Assembly: GCA_963674945.2 (NCBI GenBank)
Contig: CAXXWQ010000003.1
Coordinates: forward strand, 160,001 to 224,000
Length of the DNA stretch: 64,000 bases
Reading direction: 5' to 3'
From: an uncultured Desulfosarcina sp.
Lineage (GTDB): Bacteria; Desulfobacterota; Desulfobacteria; Desulfobacterales; Desulfosarcinaceae
The notes beneath the pieces were generated by a model. It searched no databases, was not told where the DNA came from, and worked only from the letters and a program-made list of their open reading frames with translations. Of this stretch, positions 1-8,442 are shown in pieces (position 1 is the stretch's first letter; every line of letters starts with the position of its first letter). Position numbers and translations under genes: made by a program.

Positions 1-612
1 CGACACTTCCGCGTCCGGCCGGTTTCGTAGAAAAAGTCCAGCCACCACGGCGATGCAAAGGGAGAAGATTCCGAGGATGCACCAATTGGTTCGCCATCCT
101 TCGGCCCCCAACAGCCCGTTGATATTGGGGATAAAAAACCCCGCGAACACGATGGCAAAACCGTTCCCCATGATCATGGTTCCCGCTGCCCTACCCCGCT
201 TGCTCCTGGGAAACCAGTGGGATACAAGCCCCATCATGGGAACATTGGCCAGACCAGAGCCCAGACCGGTTGCCGTGTAGAGAAGAAGGACATGGAAAAA
301 TCCGGTGGCCATGCCGATAAGGGCCATGGAGGCGCCCACCAGCAAGAGGCCGATAAAGATGGTCCACCTTTCTCCGATCGTCCTTGCCATCATCCCGGCC
401 ATAATAACGGCGACCATGTACCCCACGAAATTACCGGTGCCGATCAGTCCCATCTGCGAGTAGTTCAACGACAGGGAGAGCCCCATGGAGGGAAGCAGCA
501 TGCCAAGTGAAAAACGCCCAATCCCCAGACAGGAGAAAAGTACGGCAACCCCTGTAAGGGCAATGACCCAGCCATAGTGGGCCATATCTTTTCTCTTCAA
601 TGGATTCGGCAT
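1..612 (-). CDS. MFS transporter (YbfB/YjiJ-like), N-terminal part; runs off the window start
   Basis: Manual translation from ATG 612: MPNPLKRKDMAHYGWVIALTGVAVLFSCLGIGRFSLGMLLPSMG...SHWFPRSKRGRAAG. Multiple TM helices and MFS motifs. Absent from the ORF track because it has no stop in the window. Confidence 0.85.
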   Translation of the reverse strand, partial: MPNPLKRKDMAHYGWVIALTGVAVLFSCLGIGRFSLGMLLPSMGLSLSLNYSQMGLIGTGNFVGYMVAVIMAGMMARTIGERWTIFIGLLLVGASMALIGMATGFFHVLLLYTATGLGSGLANVPMMGLVSHWFPRSKRGRAAGTMIMGNGFAIVFAGFFIPNINGLLGAEGWRTNWCILGIFSLCIAVVAGLFLRNRPDAEVS

Positions 613-643
613 TCTCCATGACGAGGACATAAGGATAGGGGAA

Positions 644-1708
644 TTACATCTTCTCGTACAATTGGATTATCTTTTGAGGCGTGAGTATTTTCTTGAAATC
701 CGGTCCCAGGGTGCTGATCAGGTCCCGTTCCAACATATAGGCCAACTCCACCATCTTCTCCAATTGCTGCGATGTCAAACCTTTCGTGACGCCTTCTGGC
801 ATCTGAATACCTTGTTTTTCAACCATCTTTTGAAACGTTACGACATCCTCACCATAGTATTCTTCCAGGTGTTTGAAGACGATGCTGTTGGCAATGCCAT
901 GTCGATACCCCAGGATGTATGCAATACCGTAAGAGAGGGCATGGCAGATGCCCACCGATGAGTTGGCGATGGAACATCCCCCAAGGAAGGAGGCGACCAT
1001 GTAATCATCGTACTTTTTTTCCTTGAGAAAAAAGTCCTCGACTACAGATTTGGCCTGCATGGCAAAGGGTCTTCCCAAGGCATTCATGGCACTGCCGTGG
1101 GAGGCCTCCACACAGTGAATGAAGTTGTCCATTCCCGTGTAAAATTCCTGCTCCACCGGTACGGTACGAAGCAGCTCCGGGTCGAGCAAAATCGCATCAT
1201 AGATGCTGTATTCGCTGTTAATGCCGAGCTTTTTCACCGGTCCGGTCAAAACTGCCGTACGGGTGGCTTCCGCCCCTGTTCCCGCCAGGGTTGGCACGGC
1301 AATCTTCGGTAATGCTCTGTTTTTCACCAGATCCCACCCTTGATAGTCCACAGCCGATCCAGGGTTGGTCAGCAAAATGGACACCGCCTTGGCCACATCC
1401 ATCACACTGCCCCCGCCTATGCCCACGACAACCCGTGGCAGCTGCGACCCTTTCTTTTCCACAATGGCGGCACAGATATCATCGATATCAGCTGTTTTGG
1501 GTTCCCGGTCAGAAGCGTCGAACGACAAGACCATGTCCCCATTCGCCGGTTGCAGGCGGTCAGAAAGACCTGTCGTTCGGTGTATGGCGTCGATAATATA
1601 GACCGTATAGGATGAACTTTCGGGAAAACACTGGTCGATGAATCCATTTAAGTCCGCAAAGCGTTTTTCACCAAAAAGAACCTTTGGAACAAATCGTGTG
1701 ATCTTCAT
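644..1708 (-). CDS. Iron-containing alcohol dehydrogenase family protein, KdnB-like (Kdo 8-oxidase-like)
   Basis: GIGGGSVMDVAK, YQGWDLVKN, PTLAGTGAEATRTAVL, GMDNFIHCVE and CHALSYG...HGIAN metal-binding His motifs. Confidence 0.8.
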   Translation of the reverse strand: MKITRFVPKVLFGEKRFADLNGFIDQCFPESSSYTVYIIDAIHRTTGLSDRLQPANGDMVLSFDASDREPKTADIDDICAAIVEKKGSQLPRVVVGIGGGSVMDVAKAVSILLTNPGSAVDYQGWDLVKNRALPKIAVPTLAGTGAEATRTAVLTGPVKKLGINSEYSIYDAILLDPELLRTVPVEQEFYTGMDNFIHCVEASHGSAMNALGRPFAMQAKSVVEDFFLKEKKYDDYMVASFLGGCSIANSSVGICHALSYGIAYILGYRHGIANSIVFKHLEEYYGEDVVTFQKMVEKQGIQMPEGVTKGLTSQQLEKMVELAYMLERDLISTLGPDFKKILTPQKIIQLYEKM

Positions 1709-1962
1709 TTTGTGCCTTGCATTTTCAGAAAAATGTTCACGTTACATGCCTTATAATGGATCGCATTGTACCTTAGGTTGAAAAGAAAAAAAAGGGGGTG
1801 TCGCCGATTGGTTGGAAAATCGTCATACGGACTCAAATTTCATGTCCGTGTGATCGATACGCAAAGCTATCCATCGCCATCAAGGTGACCTTGCTTTTGT
1901 CTCCAACCAAGAGTATATCGTACACGACCTCACACAAAAACGGAAGTGCAAGGCAAAAGAAT

Positions 1963-2376
1963 ATGAATCATCCATGGGAGATACGTTCCAAATTGTGGTT
2001 GGAATACGATGGGAAGCCGGTGATGGGAGAAGGCCGGAAAAATATGCTGCGATCCATTCATCGCAACGGCTCGATGAAGCTTGCCGCCAGCGAGACGGGA
2101 ATATCGTACCGACGACTCCGCGGTGCCATTCATGAGATGGAGGGTATCCTCGGCTATCCCCTCGTCATGATCCAAAGGGGAGGCGGCGGCGGTGGTGGAA
2201 GTGCAAGGCTAACCCAGAGAGCTCATAACCTATTGAAAACTTACGATAAGATAGCTTTCGGATTTCACAGAAAGGCAGATGTTCGCTTTGAAAAAATGAA
2301 GGATTTTTTTTCGACGTCGAATGGTAATTTCTACCACTCGGATCGTACGGGAGAGAACAACAATGAAGACGTTTGA
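1963..2376 (+). CDS. ModE-family winged-helix transcriptional regulator (DNA-binding domain only)
   Basis: IRSKLWLE..MGEGR..GSMKLAASETGISYRR..RGGGGGGGSARLT; no TOBE/molbindin domain. Start moved to ATG 1963. Confidence 0.8.
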   Translation: MNHPWEIRSKLWLEYDGKPVMGEGRKNMLRSIHRNGSMKLAASETGISYRRLRGAIHEMEGILGYPLVMIQRGGGGGGGSARLTQRAHNLLKTYDKIAFGFHRKADVRFEKMKDFFSTSNGNFYHSDRTGENNNEDV

Positions 2377-3001
2377 TCAATTATTGGAAGAATCGGTTGC
2401 ACGCCACGGCCATCTGTGCGCCGGCCAGGTAATCGGTGTTCGTATGGCAATGCTCGGTTGCAAGCTGGTGGGGATTGACGATCCCAATACGCCGGAAAAT
2501 AGAAAAAAGCTGATCACATACGTTGAGATTGATCGCTGCGCCACCGATGCCATCGAGAGCGTCACCGGTTGCAAACTGGGAAGACGCTCGCTGAAATTCA
2601 AAGATTTCGGCATCAACGCCGCCACATTCGTCAATCTGGAAACGCGTGAAGCCTACCGGATTGTATCCACGGAACATTCACGCCAGCGGGCCGCCGATTT
2701 CGCACCGGGTGCGTCCACGGTGAAAGCGCAGCAATTGGAGGGCTATAAAAATATGCCCGATGACCTTTTATTCGACATTCAACGTGTGGGCGTCCGCCTG
2801 CCGGAATGGGAAATGCCGGGTCCGCCACGCCGGCACGCCGTCTGCGATCGATGCGGGCAGGTGGTACGGGACGGAAGGGAAATACAATCCAATGGCAAGA
2901 CCCTTTGCCGCCCTTGTGGCGAAGAATGCTACTTTTATCGTAAGGAGGAATCGACATCGGATGACCAGCGCAAACGCTCTGCAGAGGAGGCATGGACATG
3001 A
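2363..3001 (+). CDS. FmdE/FwdE family protein with C-terminal zinc finger
   Basis: HGHLCAGQVIGVRMA, EIDRCATDAI, CDRCG...CRPC. Confidence 0.85.
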   Translation: MKTFDQLLEESVARHGHLCAGQVIGVRMAMLGCKLVGIDDPNTPENRKKLITYVEIDRCATDAIESVTGCKLGRRSLKFKDFGINAATFVNLETREAYRIVSTEHSRQRAADFAPGASTVKAQQLEGYKNMPDDLLFDIQRVGVRLPEWEMPGPPRRHAVCDRCGQVVRDGREIQSNGKTLCRPCGEECYFYRKEESTSDDQRKRSAEEAWT

Positions 3002-4026
3002 TCCAAGTCGTCGAAATCGAAAAAGCCGTGGGCTATCCACTGGCCCATGACATAACGGAAATCAGGCCCGGTGAGTTCAAAGGACCGGCCTTCCTAAAAG
3101 GATATATTCTGAAAGACAAGGATTTGGATCATCTGCGCCGTCTGGGAAAACAGCATCTTTACATAATCAAGCCGGAAATCGACGAAATGCATGAGGACGA
3201 AGCCGCCGTTGAACTCGCCAGTGCCTTGTGCGGCAGCGGCGTCGGCTGGAACGATGCGCCCCGGGAGGGGAAACTCAGCTTGCATGCCACGCGCGACGGG
3301 TTGTTGAAAGTGGACACGGAAGCCCTTTTCCGGTTCAACATGTTCGGAGAGGTGATGTGCGCCACCCGCCACACCAACACCATCGTACGAAAGGGCCAGC
3401 AGGTTGCCGCAACGCGGGCCATCCCGCTGCTGGTGCCCCGACACATCGTTTCTTGTGCCGTGAACGCCGCCAACACCGCAACATCGGGGGTACTTTCCGT
3501 CGTTCCCATGAAAAAGGCCAAGGCCGGCGTCATGATCACCGGAAACGAGGTGTATTATGGCCGTATCAAGGACAAATTTGAATCGATCGTTCGGAAAAAG
3601 ATCGCAGAAATGGATGGAGAGATCGTGGATGTGATTTTCCTTCCGGACGAGGATGATAAGATTGCCGGTGCCGCAAAAGAATTGGCGGGCAAAGGGATCA
3701 ACCTGCTCATCAGCACGGGGGGCATGTCCGTCGACCCGGATGACCGAAGCCGCCATGCCCTTGAAAAGGCGGGGGTCATAGACATGGTCTATGGCTCTCC
3801 CGTACTGCCCGGTGCCATGTTTATGGTGGCCTATCTGAATGAAATCCCGGTCCTTGGAATACCGGCATGCGGGATGTATGCGGCGCGCACCATATTGGAT
3901 TTGATTCTCCCCCGTGTACTGGCCGGCGAAAAAATCACAAGAAGGGAAATCGCGATGCTCGGTCACGGCGGATTGTGTCTGAACTGTACGACCTGCAATT
4001 TTCCCGTCTGCCCTTTAGGTAAATGA
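2992..4026 (+). CDS. Molybdopterin-binding protein (MoeA/MogA-like)
   Basis: LAHDITEIRPGEFKGPAF, TGNEVYYGRIKDKF, TGGMSVDPDD, PVLPGAM, terminal CxxCxxCxFPxC. Confidence 0.85.
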   Translation: MDMIQVVEIEKAVGYPLAHDITEIRPGEFKGPAFLKGYILKDKDLDHLRRLGKQHLYIIKPEIDEMHEDEAAVELASALCGSGVGWNDAPREGKLSLHATRDGLLKVDTEALFRFNMFGEVMCATRHTNTIVRKGQQVAATRAIPLLVPRHIVSCAVNAANTATSGVLSVVPMKKAKAGVMITGNEVYYGRIKDKFESIVRKKIAEMDGEIVDVIFLPDEDDKIAGAAKELAGKGINLLISTGGMSVDPDDRSRHALEKAGVIDMVYGSPVLPGAMFMVAYLNEIPVLGIPACGMYAARTILDLILPRVLAGEKITRREIAMLGHGGLCLNCTTCNFPVCPLGK

Positions 4027-4027
4027 T

Positions 4028-5272
4028 ATGGAGGAAAGTGAGATCACAACAAACATGAACAAAACGCTTTCGCTCGGCCTCGACCAGGCCTTGAAAATCA
4101 CCCTCGACAGGGTTCAACCATTGCCGACTGTTCGCGTCGAACTGCTCGACGGTCTTGGTCACGCACTTGCAGCGGATATCGTTGCAAAGGTTGATTCACC
4201 CTCCATCGATGCCTCCATGAAAGATGGATTTGCCGTGATTTCCGAAGAGATCGAGGCTGCAACCGCCAGTCGCCCCGTCCGGCTGAAACTGATCGATATG
4301 ATTTCAGCCGGAGAAGGCAGATCGATTCACGTGCTGCCGGGAACCGCCGTACGTGTCCTTACCGGCGCCAAAATTCCAATTGGTGCGGATGCGGTCGTTT
4401 CCGAGGAGTTTACCGAAACCGATGGCGATACACTCACGGTTTCCAACCATGCAAAACCGGGGAGAAACATTCTTCCCAAAGGAAGTGATGTCGCCACGGG
4501 CGAAATCGTTTGTACAAAAGGAAGCGTTTTGTCACCCGGTATCGTGGGGATGCTTGCCGCCGCCGGACATAGCCGGATCCCCGTCGTGAAACGACCGACC
4601 GTCGCCGTCGTGGCCACGGGAGATGAGGTCGTGGCACCGGGACAGTCGTTGCCGGAGGGAAAACTGTATGCCAGCAACATGACCACCCTTGGCGGTTGGT
4701 GCCGAAGATACGGTTTTCAAATTCAGTTGGACGTGGTGAAGGACAAGTACGAATCCATCTACGCCCTATTGAAAAGACATACAGAAACCGCCGATGCGAT
4801 CGTCACCTCCGGCGGTGCATGGACCGGTGACAGGGACCTGGTTGCCAAGGTACTGGATCGACTCGGCTGGCAAAAGGCATTTCACCGGATTCGGATCGGC
4901 CCCGGAAAGGCCGTGGGTTTCGGTGTGCTGCATGATAAACCGGTGTTCATTCTTCCCGGAGGTCCTCCATCCAATCTCATGGGCTTTCTTCAAATCGCCC
5001 TGCCAGGGCTGCTGAGACTGGCCGGTCACAAAAAAACGGACCTTCCCATCATCCACGCGCGAATGGCTACTGAACTCAACGGGCGGAATGCGGACTGGAC
5101 CCAGTTTATCTACGGGACCCTGGAAAACAACGGCGATACACCGGTGTTTCGATCGTTGAAGGAAAAAAGTCGCCTGCGCTCCATGGCCGAAGCCCAGGCC
5201 ATTGTGGCGATCCCGGAAGGGAAAACGAAAATCGAAGCAAATGCGATCGTCCCTGTTCAATGGCTGGAATAG
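4028..5272 (+). CDS. moeA: Molybdopterin molybdotransferase MoeA
   Basis: SMKDGFAV, TGAKIPIGADAVV, ATGDEV, TSGG, PGKAVGFG, LPGGP. Confidence 0.9.
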   Translation: MEESEITTNMNKTLSLGLDQALKITLDRVQPLPTVRVELLDGLGHALAADIVAKVDSPSIDASMKDGFAVISEEIEAATASRPVRLKLIDMISAGEGRSIHVLPGTAVRVLTGAKIPIGADAVVSEEFTETDGDTLTVSNHAKPGRNILPKGSDVATGEIVCTKGSVLSPGIVGMLAAAGHSRIPVVKRPTVAVVATGDEVVAPGQSLPEGKLYASNMTTLGGWCRRYGFQIQLDVVKDKYESIYALLKRHTETADAIVTSGGAWTGDRDLVAKVLDRLGWQKAFHRIRIGPGKAVGFGVLHDKPVFILPGGPPSNLMGFLQIALPGLLRLAGHKKTDLPIIHARMATELNGRNADWTQFIYGTLENNGDTPVFRSLKEKSRLRSMAEAQAIVAIPEGKTKIEANAIVPVQWLE

Positions 5273-5343
5273 CGCATATTCAAAAAGCCGACAGTTTTCT
5301 GGACGGACATTTCAACAAAAAAAACGACATTTTCTTCTCCTTT

Positions 5344-6237
5344 ATGACAGATCCGGCGTCTCATTCTCATCGGCAAACCGATTCGAAAAGATATGGATGG
5401 CTTGGATACATCGCCGTTTTCGCTTCGGCATTTTGTTTTTATTTCTCGACCGTCGTGATCCGATGGGCACAGACGTCCGTTTCCATTCACGCTTCCTACT
5501 TCACCTTCACCCGTTTTCTCCTCGGATTTTTCTTTGTTTGCGCCATCATGGTCCTTCGTCGGCAAGGTCTAAGGCCTTATCGGTACGATTTGCTCATTGG
5601 CCGGGCACTGTTTAATTGCATCGCCGTCTTTTGTTTCTATCAGGCCGTCCACTACACCTCCGTGGCCGAGGCCAATATTTTAAACATGACCTATCCGATC
5701 TTTCTGGCGATCCTCTCATGGTTTTTTCTTCGTCGGCAACGGGATCCGGTTGCCATGGCAATGGTAGTCGTGGCCGTTTTCGGCATATGGCTGATTCTGG
5801 AGCCGGGCCGGCTGGGACTTCGCCTCACATCCCTTTGGGGACTCACATCCGGTATAAGCGGCGCCGTAGCCTTGATGTACCTGAACCAGAGCCGGCAATA
5901 CCATGACGCAAATACGGTGCTGTTCTTCATGTTCGGTATCGGGGCCGTGCTGCTTTTTTCCTTTTCCCGTGAACATATTTTCTGGCCCAATATCATGGAG
6001 CTTTCCTACCTCTTGCTCTGCGGGGGGGCTGGCATTGCCGGGCAGTTCCTGCTCACCTTCGGGTTTCGCTATGTTACTGCCGTTGAGGGCGGCGTCATCT
6101 CCTCATCGCGGATATTGCTGGCGGCGATACTCGGCCCCTTTTTGGCATCGGATCCTGCATTGAGGACAGCCGGGTGGATCGGCGCGCTGATGATCTTCGT
6201 GGCGAACGTCGTTTTGGCAATGCGAAAGGGTCGTTGA
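5344..6237 (+). CDS. DMT/EamA family transporter
   Basis: About 10 hydrophobic helices in two EamA-like repeats; start uncertain. Confidence 0.8.
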   Translation: MTDPASHSHRQTDSKRYGWLGYIAVFASAFCFYFSTVVIRWAQTSVSIHASYFTFTRFLLGFFFVCAIMVLRRQGLRPYRYDLLIGRALFNCIAVFCFYQAVHYTSVAEANILNMTYPIFLAILSWFFLRRQRDPVAMAMVVVAVFGIWLILEPGRLGLRLTSLWGLTSGISGAVALMYLNQSRQYHDANTVLFFMFGIGAVLLFSFSREHIFWPNIMELSYLLLCGGAGIAGQFLLTFGFRYVTAVEGGVISSSRILLAAILGPFLASDPALRTAGWIGALMIFVANVVLAMRKGR

Positions 6238-6399
6238 GATAGCTTTAAAAAAAGCAACCCCCTGTTCTTGTGGCTTGTCCGGAAGACCAAGCAGAACGAC
6301 AAAAATCTGAAACCATTTTTCAACAATAAAATAAACATCCGCGATGAAGATGCCGATACTTTCGATTGAGGATGAATTTTTAGAAAAAAGGTTGCAGTT

Positions 6400-7473
6400 A
6401 TGCGTTTTTTATCTATCTGTCTTACCATGTCCATATTATTGCTCATGACGACCGGGAGCGTCGCCAAGATCTACAAATACCAAAAAGACGGCACCTGGTA
6501 TTTTACCGACTCCCCTCCCGACGACATGCCGACGGATCGCCAGGAGATTCCCGAGAGCAGTAAGGCAACAACACCGTCAGATAAGGAAAAGTCCCAGATC
6601 TTAAAGGATTATCCGGCACGCAATGCCATCGAAAGGGCTGCCCTTTCCACAGTGGCGATCCAAACCGCCCTGGGCTACGGCAGCGGTTTTTTCGTTTCCA
6701 ATGCCGGCCATATCATTACGAACAAGCATGTGATCCGGATACCGGAGCGGCAATCGGAACAGATCGACGATTATTTCGGACGAATGGATCATCGCGCAAA
6801 GGAAATACAAAAACGGTTCTCCGACGAAAAAAGGCGCATGGACGACTATAAACGCCGTCTGGACGAACTGAAAAAGATGGCCGAAAACGAAACGGATTCG
6901 TCACGGAAAGCGTCCTATGCGAAGGAATATCGATTTCGTGAACAAGAGTACGATCGTTGGCGCATGGATTTTAAAAAACGGGAACGGGAATTTCTGTCCC
7001 AATTCGATCAGTACGAGACGAATCGTCAGGATTTTCATTACGAACGCAGTGTCGCATCCCTTTCCCAAAGCTTTACGATCACGCTGGTAGACGACTCGGA
7101 GCACTATGCGTATCTGGTGGCCATTAGCGAAACCCATGATCTGGCACTCCTAAAGATTGACGCCCCGAAAACACCAATGCTGTATCCGGCCGACCTTTCT
7201 GCCCTCGCCCAGGGTGATCCCGTCTATGCCATCGGAAACCCCGCCCAATTGAGAAATACGGTCACCTCTGGTGTTTTTTCGGGATACGAAAAAAGTTATA
7301 TCCAGACCAATGCGCAGATCAGCCCAGGCAATAGTGGCGGCCCGTTAATCGATTCCGATGGCAGGGTAATCGGAGTAAACACGAAGAAGAAAATCGGCGG
7401 CGCCTTCGAAGGCCTTGGATTTGCCATTCCCATTGAGACGGCATTGGAAGAGTTTCGTTCTCACCTGCCGTAA
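6400..7473 (+). CDS. Secreted trypsin-like serine protease with DUF4124-like N-terminus and coiled-coil insertion
   Basis: Signal peptide; IYKYQKDGTWYFTDSPP; GSGFFV, TNKHV, HDLALLKI, PGNSGGPL; no PDZ domain. Confidence 0.85.
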   Translation: MRFLSICLTMSILLLMTTGSVAKIYKYQKDGTWYFTDSPPDDMPTDRQEIPESSKATTPSDKEKSQILKDYPARNAIERAALSTVAIQTALGYGSGFFVSNAGHIITNKHVIRIPERQSEQIDDYFGRMDHRAKEIQKRFSDEKRRMDDYKRRLDELKKMAENETDSSRKASYAKEYRFREQEYDRWRMDFKKREREFLSQFDQYETNRQDFHYERSVASLSQSFTITLVDDSEHYAYLVAISETHDLALLKIDAPKTPMLYPADLSALAQGDPVYAIGNPAQLRNTVTSGVFSGYEKSYIQTNAQISPGNSGGPLIDSDGRVIGVNTKKKIGGAFEGLGFAIPIETALEEFRSHLP

Positions 7474-7510
7474 TTCCAATGGCCAATTTGGCCGATATCT
7501 CCGCAGGGCA

Positions 7511-8209
7511 TCACATCGCAGGGCAACACGGTGTCAGTTCGATCAGGCACCGCTCGGCGTTGATGACAGGAAGGTGATATGTTTCCACACGTTGGGCAAA
7601 CGAAATCTTACCATATGCAATAATGGTCGCGGAGGGTAACGGCGCTTCATTTTCGGCATACGACCCTTTCATGGCCAAAAGGCGGCCGCCTTGGGCAAGA
7701 AACGGCATTCCCAAAAGGGCAAACTTTTCCACGGAAGAGAACGCCCGGCATACCACGAGATCGAATCCGCTCTGGTATGGAGGCGACTTTGCCAATTCCT
7801 CCAGCCGACCATGTACGGCTTCGATGTTGTCGAGCCCAAGGGTGCGTATGGCGTGTTTGAGAAACGTAACTTTCTTGCGGACGCTGTCCACCAGGGTCAA
7901 TGAAAGGTCGGGCCTCATGATTTTGAGGGGAAGGCCGGGAAATCCACCACCTGAACCTGCATCCAGAACCCGTTTCGCCTCACCGATGCGTGAAACCACG
8001 GCAAGTGTATCAACATAATGTTTTACCGCGACATCCATTGGATCAACGATCGCCGTCAGATTGGTGGTACGGTTCCAGAAAAGCAGTTCGGCCGCATGCC
8101 GACCCATGGCCCGCGCCTGTTTGTTGGTGACCGGCACCCCCAGGTCACGGGCGCCGTTGACCAATATTCGCCGCCACGATTCAGATTCGATTTTCACGCC
8201 ATTTCTCAC
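7511..8209 (-). CDS. rsmG: 16S rRNA m7G527 methyltransferase
   Basis: WNRTTNLTAI, KHYVDTL, LDAGSGGGFPGLPL, DSVRKKVTFL, VCRAF. Confidence 0.92.
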   Translation of the reverse strand: MRNGVKIESESWRRILVNGARDLGVPVTNKQARAMGRHAAELLFWNRTTNLTAIVDPMDVAVKHYVDTLAVVSRIGEAKRVLDAGSGGGFPGLPLKIMRPDLSLTLVDSVRKKVTFLKHAIRTLGLDNIEAVHGRLEELAKSPPYQSGFDLVVCRAFSSVEKFALLGMPFLAQGGRLLAMKGSYAENEAPLPSATIIAYGKISFAQRVETYHLPVINAERCLIELTPCCPAM

Positions 8210-8442
8210 TCACGATGATCCTTTCCCGTTGGAAGGGTCGCCCAGAATGATTCATGCCGGTTTGAAACCAACGAATCGATACGGTTGATCTCGACCAAAC
8301 CGGCCCTTGGGAGCATTTGGCCAAACTCTTTGTTGGTAAATAATCCCCGCGACCTTGTCAACAAGCATCGTCCACTTAAATCTAAATCCCCGTTTTTAAA
8401 CCGCTTGCAAACGATAGTGCTTTTTTGCTAATAGCAAAACCA

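Noticed and set aside
431..619. 62-aa minus-strand ORF from the track
   Set aside because: Wrong frame; the real gene is the MFS transporter starting at 612
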